A stretch of DNA of 64,000 bases from Marine Group II euryarchaeote MED-G38 (GCA_002457145.1 NTJP01000001.1:32722-96721); one strand, 5' to 3'; counted from the first letter of the stretch, positions 30,034 through 40,569 are shown. The notes: generated from the letters alone by a model not told the origin. Numbers and translations are program-made.

Positions 30034-30395
30034 TGAACATTAACCTATCCGCTATTTCCATGGTAAACATAGTGCAAGGTATAATGGTAGTAAATACAGA
30101 AACGATTCCTGGAAAAGTGATAACTGATACTTATGGTGTGGTTAGTGGTTCTACGGTTAGAGCAAAACATGTTGGAAAAGATATTTTGCAGGGGCTAAAA
30201 AATATTGTAGGTGGAGAATTACGTGCATATACGAATCTTCTTGAAGAATCACGTCAGGAAGCAATGAGCCGTCTGGTTTCAGATGCAATGGCACGAGGGG
30301 CCAATGCTGTTGTTAATGTTAGATTCGCCACTTCAGCCGTCACCCCTGGGGCTGCTGAATTATTTGCTTATGGTACTGCTGTAAAGGTAGAATAA
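30033..30395 (+). CDS. YbjQ/UPF0145 family protein
   Basis: IVGGELRAYTNLLEESRQEA...GANAVVNVRF...AYGTAVKV matches the YbjQ fold pattern. A canonical-length protein would start at the ATG at 30084 (MVVNTETIPGK). Confidence 0.8.
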   Translation: MNINLSAISMVNIVQGIMVVNTETIPGKVITDTYGVVSGSTVRAKHVGKDILQGLKNIVGGELRAYTNLLEESRQEAMSRLVSDAMARGANAVVNVRFATSAVTPGAAELFAYGTAVKVE

Positions 30396-30415
30396 TTAAA
30401 GCGGGGTTTTTTAGT

Positions 30416-31045
30416 ATGATGACGAAAAGTAAAGGATATACTAGGCATGGACTTCTAGTCCTTTCAGTAGTTATTCTAACCACTTTAATCAGTTCTTCTG
30501 TTTCTGCCCAAGATAGATATTCAGAAGAGAGTGGTTTGTCAGGAATATGTTTTCTAGCCCCTATCTTCTTATTAACAATATTCGGTTTGGTTTGGGCTAT
30601 ATTATATCCAACCATGCTTCTATGGGCTTTTTTATTCAGTGGTAAGAAATTAGATAATATGATTTTGAATACTGCTGAAAGAGAATCTCAAATATTTTCC
30701 CAACTAGGAAAAGACCCACTTTCAACCGTAGATGGAGGGTATAGAAAAGATGTAAATAAGGCTGGAATAGTTTGGTCTGGAGCAGTTTATGGGCCTAGTC
30801 ATTGGCATCTATTAATTGCATGGATTAATAATTTATTTGGAGGATCTGTAGATATTTTCCAAAAAGTAATTTCTGCAGGTAGAGCTGAGTCTATGCAGAG
30901 ACTCAGGGAGACAGCAATCAGAGAAGGTTGGGATGAAGTTATCAATGTAAGAATAGATACCGCAGTAATGTCTCCGGGAACCAATAAAAAAGGAATTAGA
31001 GCTGTAGAAGTTTTTGCATATGGTACTGGTATAAAATATGGTTAA
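30416..31045 (+). CDS. Membrane-anchored YbjQ-domain protein
   Basis: N-terminal signal/TM segments, then LFGGSVDIFQKVISAGRAESMQRLRETA...VINVRIDT...AYGTGIKY. Confidence 0.7.
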   Translation: MMTKSKGYTRHGLLVLSVVILTTLISSSVSAQDRYSEESGLSGICFLAPIFLLTIFGLVWAILYPTMLLWAFLFSGKKLDNMILNTAERESQIFSQLGKDPLSTVDGGYRKDVNKAGIVWSGAVYGPSHWHLLIAWINNLFGGSVDIFQKVISAGRAESMQRLRETAIREGWDEVINVRIDTAVMSPGTNKKGIRAVEVFAYGTGIKYG

Positions 31046-31134
31046 TATCAATCGCAGTTTTGAAGACCAATCAGTCTTTGGGGATAGCATCTGACACGCC
31101 CCCTCTGTGGGTTTCGGAGTCGGAGGACTTAACC

Positions 31135-32151
31135 ATGCAGAGCCCAATTACCCAGATAGAACCACAAATAGCCAATCGTTTAGCGAAACAAAGCTACCAT
31201 CTTGTAGGGGAACATGGAGGTGTCAAAGTATGTCATTGGACTAAACAGAGTCTTACTGCCGACAGGTCGTGCTACAAAGGAACATTCTATGGAATAGAAA
31301 GTCATGGTTGTATGCAGATGGCTCCAAATGTAGATACTTGCAATTTGGCATGTACATATTGCTGGCGAGAGCCTCATTCTGATAGTTTAAACAAAATTGA
31401 TGACGATCCATATGAGTTATTTCTTCAATCTGTTCGTGCACATCGAAGGTTACTTACTGGTTTCGGAGGACATCCAAGTGTCCCAAGAGAAAAATGGTTA
31501 GATGCACAAGATCCCAAACACGTTGCCATTTCTCTCAATGGTGAACCTACTCTATATTCTAGATTAAGTGAATTTTTAGAAATTTGCCATAATCATGGTA
31601 TTTCCACATTTTTAGTCACCAATGGAAGCCTTCCAAAGGTTATAGAAAATCTTGATACATTACCTACTCAGTTGTATGTCAGTGTTGATGCTCCCAATAA
31701 GGAAATTTTTGATCGTATTTGTAAACCAAAATTTGATACCGGAGCATTCAATAAATTGGAACAAACCTTGGAATTATTACCTTCATTAGATACAAGGACA
31801 GTTTGCCGTCACACTCTAATAAAAAATGAATCATTAGGGCATCACGAAGATTATGCAAGGTTAGACAATATTGCAGATCCAATGTTCATTGAAGCAAAGG
31901 GTTATGTTTATGTCGGCAAGAGTCAAAATAATCATACTATTGAAAATATGCCCTCACATCCAGAAATATTAGAATTTTCAGATAAATTAGCATCATTAAC
32001 GGGACGCGAAGTCCTTTCTGACAGGAGAGAAAGTAGAGTTGCATTGATAGGTAGGGAAATGATTCCAGTTGTTTTGCCAGAAAAAAAACTTGACTTACCT
32101 AGTGATTTAGGAATTGCCAAACCACAAAACTTCCATTTACCGCAGGTTTGA
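31135..32151 (+). CDS. taw1: 4-demethylwyosine synthase, radical SAM (Taw1/TYW1)
   Basis: CNLACTYCW radical-SAM motif plus upstream auxiliary-cluster Cys residues (VCHW, SCYKG, HGCMQM). The track start at 31060 is TTG, and the first ATG is at 31135. Confidence 0.85.
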   Translation: MQSPITQIEPQIANRLAKQSYHLVGEHGGVKVCHWTKQSLTADRSCYKGTFYGIESHGCMQMAPNVDTCNLACTYCWREPHSDSLNKIDDDPYELFLQSVRAHRRLLTGFGGHPSVPREKWLDAQDPKHVAISLNGEPTLYSRLSEFLEICHNHGISTFLVTNGSLPKVIENLDTLPTQLYVSVDAPNKEIFDRICKPKFDTGAFNKLEQTLELLPSLDTRTVCRHTLIKNESLGHHEDYARLDNIADPMFIEAKGYVYVGKSQNNHTIENMPSHPEILEFSDKLASLTGREVLSDRRESRVALIGREMIPVVLPEKKLDLPSDLGIAKPQNFHLPQV

Positions 32152-32156
32152 TAAAT

Positions 32157-33971
32157 ATGTCTAATAAATTTACGAGTATATTTCTTGTATTTTTATTTTT
32201 TATTTCTTCTTTTAGTGGTTGTATCAGTGACGATAAAAAAATAGTTGAAGAAAATAGTTCCGATCATTGGTTAAATGACGTTGAAGATCGTTCAAATCTG
32301 ATATATAGAAATGATGATGTTTTTAGCCGGGTTTCAATCAATGGTTCATATCAAATAGATAATGTACGTTCAATATTTGTTGAAGTCCCAGCAATCACAA
32401 TTGCAGATGGAGGAGCTGGATTGACTGGAGATGCCCAAGTTCATTTGGGTCTATGGCTTCCTAAAATAGAAGGCTGCGATATGGATTCGTCAGACATTCT
32501 TGAAGAATGCAAAGTCCCAATAATAGCCGAGATAGGTCCTTATTATGATGATGGAGATGTAGATGCATTAACTCCAGCAGATAGGCTTGGTCGTTTCCTC
32601 ATTGAGAACTTTGTACCACATGGATTTGGTGTTGCCCAAGTTTCTGTTTTTGGCACTGGCGAATCAAACCATTGCATGGATCTGATGGGCCTTGACGAGC
32701 AAAAGGGAATCCATGCTGCAGTCGAGTACCTAGGGAAAGCACCATTTTCCAACGGAGCTGTTGGGATAATTGGTAAATCATATGATGGTTCTACTCCATG
32801 GGAGGCTGCTGCAATGGGTTCAGAACACCTAAAAACAATTATTCCAATGTCAGGACTTATCGGTGCACACGATCTTATGTGGCGTAATGGCAGCATGGAA
32901 GCAAGAGGTGCAATAATGCATAATGGAGTATATGGGAGCTTCGGACTTGATGGAAACCTTGAAGATTCACAGAATGCTTGTGAAGGATATTTAGAAGGAT
33001 ATTATGCAGGCCCTGCCGCATATCTTTCTGGGGATAATTTGGCGTGGACAGGTAGTGATTATTGGGAAGAAAGAACATTTTTATCTCGGGCTTTAGAAAG
33101 TTACAATGGGTCTGTATATATCATCCATGGGATTCAAGATTGGAATGTTGATCCTCATATGGCATTTCCAACACATAATATTCTAATTGATTCAGGTTTC
33201 GATGTAAAGGGTCTTTATGGACAATGGGGACATGATTATCCAGATAGAATCAGTGGTCATGAATCATTGTCTAGTGGAAGAGGCCAAGAAGCATTTCCTT
33301 ACACTTTGAGATGGGACTGGGCAGATGATTTATTGGAATGGTTTGATTATTATTTGAGATCTAAAGGACCTCAACCTAGGTTAATAGCAGAGGTCCAAGA
33401 CAACATGGGCACTTGGAGAGTAGAATCAGAATATCCTCCAAAAAATCAAGAATGGATTTACTATGATATGGACATTTGTTCTGTAATTTCAGGTGGCGAG
33501 GTAGTTACAACTACCTCGTCTTTGACAATAGATTGTCCATTATTCACTGAAGAAACACGTATAATTGGAACTCCTACATTCCATGTTCAAGTAAACACAC
33601 AATTTACCAGTGGCCATATATTTGTTGAAATGGTTCAGTCTAGTAATGGCATGCATCTTGGGCATGCAGTTATGGACTTACGTTTCCATGAAGGCGGAAA
33701 GGATGGTCAAACCTTAATTCCTGGTGAAACCGTAACTGCTAAGATGGAATTCTTTGGAATGGATGTAATTGTACCTGAAGGTGACGGAATTCAATTGATT
33801 ATTTCACAAACAGGAGAAGACTATGTTCCCAGTCCAATTTCTACTACGCCGATTACTTTAATTCTCGATTCTTCTTCTATCTTAGGGCTATCAACCGTGT
33901 ATAGAAATTGCAATGATTTATTTCTCCCTCCGATGCATGAACCATATACAAAATGCTTAGATTCTGAGTAA
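32157..33971 (+). CDS. Secreted CocE/NonD (X-Pro dipeptidyl-peptidase S15) family hydrolase, lipobox-type signal
   Basis: The ATG at 32157 gives MSNKFTSIFLVFLFFISSFSGC. Nucleophile motif GKSYDGS, with an HG/DWN region following. Confidence 0.8.
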   Translation: MSNKFTSIFLVFLFFISSFSGCISDDKKIVEENSSDHWLNDVEDRSNLIYRNDDVFSRVSINGSYQIDNVRSIFVEVPAITIADGGAGLTGDAQVHLGLWLPKIEGCDMDSSDILEECKVPIIAEIGPYYDDGDVDALTPADRLGRFLIENFVPHGFGVAQVSVFGTGESNHCMDLMGLDEQKGIHAAVEYLGKAPFSNGAVGIIGKSYDGSTPWEAAAMGSEHLKTIIPMSGLIGAHDLMWRNGSMEARGAIMHNGVYGSFGLDGNLEDSQNACEGYLEGYYAGPAAYLSGDNLAWTGSDYWEERTFLSRALESYNGSVYIIHGIQDWNVDPHMAFPTHNILIDSGFDVKGLYGQWGHDYPDRISGHESLSSGRGQEAFPYTLRWDWADDLLEWFDYYLRSKGPQPRLIAEVQDNMGTWRVESEYPPKNQEWIYYDMDICSVISGGEVVTTTSSLTIDCPLFTEETRIIGTPTFHVQVNTQFTSGHIFVEMVQSSNGMHLGHAVMDLRFHEGGKDGQTLIPGETVTAKMEFFGMDVIVPEGDGIQLIISQTGEDYVPSPISTTPITLILDSSSILGLSTVYRNCNDLFLPPMHEPYTKCLDSE

Positions 33972-33981
33972 AAGTAAAATT

Positions 33982-34803
33982 TTAATTCATCGTTCTTTTG
34001 AAGATAGGTATTGGCACCATTTTATGTTGATTATTTTTATTCATTTTTAGATAAATATCCATTACTTCTTTTTGCCTAGTAGAATATTTTGAATTAAAAC
34101 CATTTTTTACTTCTTCCATCGCCCATTCTAATTCTTCATAGGTTGCTCCTATTTGATCTTCATCCGTTCTACTATCGTGCCATAGTCCGTCATTAGGAGC
34201 AGCATCTTGAATAGGTTGAATTATTTGTAGCGATTCTGCTAAAAAATAAACCTCTGATTTGTATAGATCGGCAATAGGTGAGATATCTACGCCTCCATCT
34301 CCATACTTTGTGTAAAAACCTACTCCAAAATCTTCAACCTTATTTCCTGTTCCTACTACAATACCGTTATTAGACCCCGCTAACGAATATAGAGTAGTCA
34401 TTCTAAGTCTAGCCCTAGAATTTGCTAAAGATAATTCTGAAGTACCAATATTATCAAGTTTGGTGGTGAACAAATCATATACTTCGGATAAATCAATTAT
34501 ATGCCCTTCTACATTATTCCACTTTTCTTTTAGCCATTCAATGTGAAGGTTTGAGAGATTTAATTGCGATGCCGTTTGATAAATTGGCATATTGATAACT
34601 ATGGTATTTAATCCAGTTTTTGCACAAAGAGTTGATGTGACTGCAGAATCAATCCCTCCCGAAACACCAACAACTAGAGTAGATATATTGTTTTTTTCAG
34701 CATAATCGAAAATCCAATTAGATATTTCATTTCCTAATTTTTCCCAATTTTGTATAGAAATTCCCCCTAATGACAAGATACTCCATATTTCTTTAGTCTC
34801 CAA
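33982..34803 (-). CDS. nadE: NH3-dependent NAD+ synthetase
   Basis: PP-loop VGVSGGIDSAV. The only in-frame starts near the 5-prime end are TTG (34803 or 34776), so the start is uncertain. It overlaps the upstream gene end. Confidence 0.9.
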   Translation of the reverse strand: METKEIWSILSLGGISIQNWEKLGNEISNWIFDYAEKNNISTLVVGVSGGIDSAVTSTLCAKTGLNTIVINMPIYQTASQLNLSNLHIEWLKEKWNNVEGHIIDLSEVYDLFTTKLDNIGTSELSLANSRARLRMTTLYSLAGSNNGIVVGTGNKVEDFGVGFYTKYGDGGVDISPIADLYKSEVYFLAESLQIIQPIQDAAPNDGLWHDSRTDEDQIGATYEELEWAMEEVKNGFNSKYSTRQKEVMDIYLKMNKNNQHKMVPIPIFKRTMN

Positions 34804-35414
34804 TAATTATATGGCCAAGGTGTTAAGAAACCAGCTATTAGCATCGGTAGAATAACCCACAAAGTTAGTTTGGCCCCGCCTGTCAATAAAAAGTCTACGA
34901 GATTCATTGCAGCCTCCATTGATATCATAGAAATCAGGGACATCCCTATTGCAACTCTAAAGGCTTCCTTTAGAGCCATCTGTGCAGATAATATGAATGT
35001 TTCAAGAGCGATAGATGTCATTATCCCGTTAAACATTGCTAATGCCATAACCATCATGGTACTCCATTCAAGAGCGATGAGATATGGAATAAATTGAAAT
35101 GCTGCTATAGTCCCAAAATCGCCGATGCTACAACCAACTAAACACCATTTTGTATTGTGAGCTGATTGCTTCCAAACACTACTATCTCTCCAGTGGAAAT
35201 CTTCACCTTTTCCATCGACAGTATAGCCTATTGATTGTATAGCAGATGACATAATCTCTTTTGATACATTTTCATGTTCGACAATGGCAAAACCTGTCTC
35301 ATGTGAAACATCTGCATTCATTACTCCCTTGATAATTTCTAGTGCATTTTTGACTCTTTCTGAGCATCCATTACAAGTCATCCCTTCAACCACTAAGCTA
35401 GTCGTTTCAGTCAT
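34767..35414 (-). CDS. Heavy-metal-associated (HMA) domain fused to a DUF4396-like membrane domain
   Basis: MTETTSLVVEGMTCNGCSERV (the GMTCxxC motif), then WCLVGCSIGDFG and multi-TM segments. The track ORF extends to 35639 and would overlap ileS. Realistic ATGs are 35414 or 35468. Confidence 0.75.
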   Translation of the reverse strand: MTETTSLVVEGMTCNGCSERVKNALEIIKGVMNADVSHETGFAIVEHENVSKEIMSSAIQSIGYTVDGKGEDFHWRDSSVWKQSAHNTKWCLVGCSIGDFGTIAAFQFIPYLIALEWSTMMVMALAMFNGIMTSIALETFILSAQMALKEAFRVAIGMSLISMISMEAAMNLVDFLLTGGAKLTLWVILPMLIAGFLTPWPYNYWRLKKYGVSCH

Positions 35415-35512
35415 ATTTAAGCCTGAATCATCATCCTTATTGAATACTACTAAAATACACTTCTCCATTCTAAAGAGTATATTCAATACATCGAGTTTGT
35501 TCCGACGCATAG

Positions 35513-38500
35513 ATGGTAGTGCCAAATTCGCCCGGGGAACTCGATCCAGTCGCTCTTGAAACTTCGTTAATGAAAACTTGGTCATCTGAGAAAACATTTG
35601 AAAAATCAATTGAAAATCGTAAATTAGATAATTCTCCATTTACCTTTCTTGAAGGGCCTCCTACTGCAAATGGGAAACCAGGTATCCATCATGTACTTTC
35701 AAGATTGTACAAGGATATGGTTTGTAGATGGAAGGCTATGGAAGGTCATGTTGTAGAGAGAAAAGGTGGTTGGGACACTCATGGTCTTCCAGTTGAAATT
35801 GAAGTTCAAAAGAAATTAAATCTAATGTCTAATGAAGCAATTGAAGAATATGGCATGGAAAAATTTAATCAAAAATGTAAAGAAAGCGTTTGGGAATATG
35901 AAGAAAGCTGGAGAGAAATGACAGAAAGGATGGCATTCTGGGTAGATATGGATAATCCCTATGTCACATTACATGATGAATATATAGAATCAGCATGGTG
36001 GTCATTGAAACAAATGCACGATAAAGGATTATTATTCCGCGGTCATAAAGTATTACCTTATTGTCCCCAAACGGGAACTAGTTATTCTACTCATGAGGTT
36101 TCTCAAGGATATAAGGAAGTTTCAGAACCTGCAGTTTTTGTTAAATTCAAATTAGTTGATGAAGACGCCTCAGTGCTTGCATGGACTACAACACCATGGA
36201 CACTTCCTGGAAATGTTGGATTAGCAGTTGGGCCTAATGTTACATATTGTCGAGTACGAGTAATATCAGAACCTTCCAATTCATGGGAGGGAAGGGGGAA
36301 AACCATGGTTGGTGAAGAATTAATTCTAGCAAAAGATTTACTTGGTGTTGTTCTGAGGCACCATATGGAAATAATTGATGAATTTATTGGATCTGATTTA
36401 GTCGGTAAATCATATCATCCATTATTTGCAGATGCAATCGAAAGAAGAGGCTCAAAAACTGCCTGGACAATTGTTCCTGCAGATTTTGTAACAACTACTG
36501 ATGGTACCGGAGTAGTGCATACTGCTGTAATGTATGGGGAAGACGATTACAATCTCGGAATGGAAATGGGCTTTCCTGCACAACATACTGTTGGAATGGA
36601 TGGTAAATTTATCAAGGGTACTCATAATTTACTTGATGGACGTTACGTGAAAGATTGCGACTCTATAATTATAGATCTTCTTCATAGTGAAAATAAATTA
36701 TACCGTGAACATATCTATACTCATGATTATCCGCATTGTTGGAGGACCGACCATCCACTTTTGTACTATGCAATGGATAGTTGGTTTGTACGAATGACAT
36801 CGGTAAAAAAGGAAATAATCGAATATAATTCTCAAGTAGAATGGGCTCCTGAATGGACTGGTTCAGGCAGAGTTGGAGAATGGTTACGCAATCTAAAGGA
36901 CTGGGCAATTAGCAGAGAACGGTATTGGGGGACTCCAATACCTGTTTGGATTTGTCCTAAGTGCGGACATGAACATTGTATTGGTAGTGTTGAGGAAATG
37001 AACCTATTGAAAACAGATAATTCTCCAAGCCCTAAAGAATTACATCGGCCATATGTCGATGATGTCAAATTAAATTGTACTAATAATGACTGTAATGGTG
37101 AAATGATACGTGAACCATATGTTATGGATTGTTGGTTCGACTCGGGCTGTGCTTCATTTGCTCAATGGCATTATCCCTTTGAAAATACTGAAAAATTTTC
37201 AGGTAGTTTCCCTGTCGACTATATTTGTGAAGCAGTAGATCAAACTAGAGGATGGTTTTATTCTTTATTGGCCGTTTCAACTACCGTATTCGATAGTATA
37301 TCATACAAAAGATGCTTATCATTAGGCCATATTTTGGATAATGAAGGCAAGAAAATGAGTAAATCAAGAGGAAATGTTGTCAATCCATGGGATCATTTCA
37401 ATAAAGAAGGTGCAGATGCAATAAGATGGTATATGGCAACTCAAAGTGCTCCATGGAATCCTATGAATTTTGATCCTAATGGAGTTAGGGAAACTTATGG
37501 AAAAATGTTTTTGACATTATGGAACGTACACCGCTTCCATTCTGATTATGCTGCATTAGATGGCTTCGATCCCAATCAACAAAAAAGTCAAATTTCTGTT
37601 GATTTAAGAAGTCCCTTGGATAGATGGATATTGTCCCGAATCAGTCATGTAGCAGATTCTTTCCATGATAATTTCAATACTTGGGAATTTCATAAGGCAG
37701 GCAGGGAATTAGAGAATTTTGTCGTTAATGACCTATCAAACTGGTATGTTCGCAGATCAAGAAGACGCCTCTGGGATGAAGTTGACAGTAATGATAAAAG
37801 AGCGTGCCAAAATACATTACATGAAGTATTACTGATAGTTTGTCGTTTAATGTCGCCAATTTCACCGTTCATGGCAGACAAAATACATCGAGATTTAACT
37901 GGGATATCAGTACACCTTGCAGATTGGCCTGTTGGTTCTAAATTAGTTGACCGTAATTTACCGCCTCAAGATTATAATTTAGAACAACAAATGAAGCTCG
38001 TCAGAGATTTAGCGGAGTCAGGCCGAAGGATAAGAGTAGAAAGCGAAAGAAGGCAAAGACTTCCTTGCCGGAATGGATGGATTATCGGAGGTCCTGATAT
38101 TTCAGACTTCTTTGATATTCTTTCAGAAGAATTAAATGTTGAAAATTTAATTAGAGAGTCCGATTTAGATAAATTTCAGAAGATAGTACTGATGCCAAAT
38201 AGAAAAGTACTCGGTTCAAAATGCCGGTCCGATTTACCTCTTGTATTATCTCAATTGAATGATGCGGATCCAGAATCTTTACTCTTGGAGATTGAGGCGG
38301 GAATAGCTGCCTTAGGAGGCTACGATATCACAATTGATGATATTGAGATAAAGCGTGTAGAAAAAGAAAATTTCTCTGCTTCTACCTTATTCGGGGAAGA
38401 ATATGGAGACGTAACTCTTGTTTTAGATATGGGCACAGATTCAGACCTATTATCAAAAGGACTTGCTAGAGATATAATTAGAAGAATTCAATCAAAAAGA

Positions 38501-38701
38501 AAAGAACTCAATCTTGATGTTGAAGCTATGATTAACCTATCAGTTTGGATTAAAGGATTAGTTCTTAATGATCTAGATTGGGAACATGTCCAAAATGAAA
38601 CAAGAGCAGGACACGCGTCATTGAATGAAGGTGAAATACCTGCTGGAACTGATAAGTTTAGTGTCGATAATGTTAACATTTTCTTCAACACTACTTCATA
38701 A
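35513..38701 (+). CDS. ileS: Isoleucyl-tRNA synthetase
   Basis: HIGH-type PGIHHVLSR, KMSKS, a CP1 editing domain, and 1062 aa in length. Confidence 0.97.
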   Translation: MVVPNSPGELDPVALETSLMKTWSSEKTFEKSIENRKLDNSPFTFLEGPPTANGKPGIHHVLSRLYKDMVCRWKAMEGHVVERKGGWDTHGLPVEIEVQKKLNLMSNEAIEEYGMEKFNQKCKESVWEYEESWREMTERMAFWVDMDNPYVTLHDEYIESAWWSLKQMHDKGLLFRGHKVLPYCPQTGTSYSTHEVSQGYKEVSEPAVFVKFKLVDEDASVLAWTTTPWTLPGNVGLAVGPNVTYCRVRVISEPSNSWEGRGKTMVGEELILAKDLLGVVLRHHMEIIDEFIGSDLVGKSYHPLFADAIERRGSKTAWTIVPADFVTTTDGTGVVHTAVMYGEDDYNLGMEMGFPAQHTVGMDGKFIKGTHNLLDGRYVKDCDSIIIDLLHSENKLYREHIYTHDYPHCWRTDHPLLYYAMDSWFVRMTSVKKEIIEYNSQVEWAPEWTGSGRVGEWLRNLKDWAISRERYWGTPIPVWICPKCGHEHCIGSVEEMNLLKTDNSPSPKELHRPYVDDVKLNCTNNDCNGEMIREPYVMDCWFDSGCASFAQWHYPFENTEKFSGSFPVDYICEAVDQTRGWFYSLLAVSTTVFDSISYKRCLSLGHILDNEGKKMSKSRGNVVNPWDHFNKEGADAIRWYMATQSAPWNPMNFDPNGVRETYGKMFLTLWNVHRFHSDYAALDGFDPNQQKSQISVDLRSPLDRWILSRISHVADSFHDNFNTWEFHKAGRELENFVVNDLSNWYVRRSRRRLWDEVDSNDKRACQNTLHEVLLIVCRLMSPISPFMADKIHRDLTGISVHLADWPVGSKLVDRNLPPQDYNLEQQMKLVRDLAESGRRIRVESERRQRLPCRNGWIIGGPDISDFFDILSEELNVENLIRESDLDKFQKIVLMPNRKVLGSKCRSDLPLVLSQLNDADPESLLLEIEAGIAALGGYDITIDDIEIKRVEKENFSASTLFGEEYGDVTLVLDMGTDSDLLSKGLARDIIRRIQSKRKELNLDVEAMINLSVWIKGLVLNDLDWEHVQNETRAGHASLNEGEIPAGTDKFSVDNVNIFFNTTS

Positions 38702-38723
38702 GTTGGTCTAGTTTGAAGTTGTT

Positions 38724-39098
38724 ATGAAAGACGTAGAAAAGCTCTATGGTATTTATCATGCTGACGGCGGATTAGTTGGAGAATTAGCATATATCTTTGG
38801 CAAATATGCCGGAAATGTACATTGTTCATTATGCGATATCACTCATAACAAAATTACCATGAAAAAAGAATGGAAAATTTTCTCTAAAGAATTACCAATA
38901 CCATTCGATTTATTACATCTAAATGAGAGGACTGCGGAGGTTATAGCTGCATCTGAAAATAAAACCCCCTGTGTATTAGTTAAAACAAATGATTCCCTTC
39001 ATATTATTTTATCTTCTGAAGAACTAGAAAATTGTAATAAATCAGTAAAAGATTTTACCTCTGCTCTGAATAATAAATTAAATTTATTAAATATCTAA
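38724..39098 (+). CDS. Hypothetical small protein with an HCxxCxxxH motif
   Basis: 124 aa with YHADGGLVGELAYIFGKYAGNVHCSLCDITH. It lies 22 nt after ileS. Confidence 0.55.
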   Translation: MKDVEKLYGIYHADGGLVGELAYIFGKYAGNVHCSLCDITHNKITMKKEWKIFSKELPIPFDLLHLNERTAEVIAASENKTPCVLVKTNDSLHIILSSEELENCNKSVKDFTSALNNKLNLLNI

Positions 39099-39138
39099 TA
39101 TATTTATTATCTTAGATTAACATTTTTCTAAAATATAC

Positions 39139-40569
39139 TCATATATTGTAAGACACAGGTAATAACATTTCAACACCAAACAAAGGATCTGGATCGGTTG
39201 AATCATGATAGGCAATAAATGAACCACCATCAGGGAGAATTCCCATACTAGCAAAGTCAAATCTTATGTCGGCACCAGCCCCTGAGGTTGAGTCTAAATC
39301 TCCTTGTCCAAGATATGTTTTTGTATCAGGTATTAAACTTTCAGAATATTCTCTCACATGCCATGCTATATCTATATCAGGGCCCTCTATACTCTGGTAT
39401 CTGACATTCAATACAAATAAGTCATGAACTCCATTTGAATGAAACTCCCATTCTTCAATCCCACTTGCATGGTTTTGTAAATCATAAGTATTATTTTCCC
39501 ATGTTTCTCCTCCATCCCAAGACATCAAATGTTGTAATATACTACCGCTTGCTGATAAACAATGTAATGCTGTAGATGAATCAATTGCACAATATTCAGA
39601 AGGTAATGAGGACCCATTGAGTGTTGTCGCAGACCACCAATTAAGTGATGTATCGACATAAGCATCACTTCCATCTACAAAATAATTTGGAAAATAAAGG
39701 CCCCCCGAAGGCACAGGGAAAGCCCTCATTTCTTTATGTGGTTTTGTAAAGTCCCATTCTTCACCCAACATTTCGGCGGTTAGATCAACTTCAATTATGT
39801 CTAGAGATGAATCTCTATCTGGGAAACTAAAATAATCATAATTTAAACCATCAGTTGATATTTGCCCTCCAATGTTCTGTACTTGATGCCAGAAATTTGA
39901 TATCACAATACTAGCATAATCGCCATTTCCATATAGTCCCCCATTAATGGGGCCAATCACTTCAACTTGCCATGACCTATCATAAAATGGTTCAGGAGTT
40001 CTATTAAAACACCAATTCCACTCTTGACTATCTGCATCATACAAGAATGCGTAAAATTGGTCGGCACCACTGGTACTTGGGTAAGGAAACCATCCCATTG
40101 AAATTAAATCACCATTAGTTGCCTGTACTATACTTCCTTCCCCCAGTCCTTCTTGCCCAGGCACTGTTGGTTTCGGTTCCAAACATCCAATTTGAGAAAA
40201 CACGCCTGGTATATATTCATTCCATGTATGCCCTCTATCTTCTGACCAAGTTGGATATTCACCGCCAAAGTTTACCATCCAACCTTCTTTAGTACCTGCC
40301 AAATAATGCTCACAACAATTTCCACCTTCTTCATTTCCAAAAACCGCCCAGGAAGAATTTCCCCAGGTTTCATTATATATCGGGTTTGCAACTATAAAAT
40401 TTCTGGAATCTTCGTGACTACTTGGATCATCAACATAATTCATATCTTTGTCCCAATTTGGAATCTCATCCATAATAGGTGACTTGTTTTCTTCTAAACA
40501 TCCTGCCGTAAAAGTACTTATTACTATAAAAAAAGAAATGATTATTTCCTTATTCGGTACCTTTATCAT
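39139..40569 (-). CDS. Secreted BNR/Asp-box repeat (sialidase-fold-like) protein, lipobox-type signal
   Basis: Signal ending FTAGC. Two Asp-boxes are present: SEDRGHTW and SWDGGETW. Confidence 0.7.
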   Translation of the reverse strand: MIKVPNKEIIISFFIVISTFTAGCLEENKSPIMDEIPNWDKDMNYVDDPSSHEDSRNFIVANPIYNETWGNSSWAVFGNEEGGNCCEHYLAGTKEGWMVNFGGEYPTWSEDRGHTWNEYIPGVFSQIGCLEPKPTVPGQEGLGEGSIVQATNGDLISMGWFPYPSTSGADQFYAFLYDADSQEWNWCFNRTPEPFYDRSWQVEVIGPINGGLYGNGDYASIVISNFWHQVQNIGGQISTDGLNYDYFSFPDRDSSLDIIEVDLTAEMLGEEWDFTKPHKEMRAFPVPSGGLYFPNYFVDGSDAYVDTSLNWWSATTLNGSSLPSEYCAIDSSTALHCLSASGSILQHLMSWDGGETWENNTYDLQNHASGIEEWEFHSNGVHDLFVLNVRYQSIEGPDIDIAWHVREYSESLIPDTKTYLGQGDLDSTSGAGADIRFDFASMGILPDGGSFIAYHDSTDPDPLFGVEMLLPVSYNI

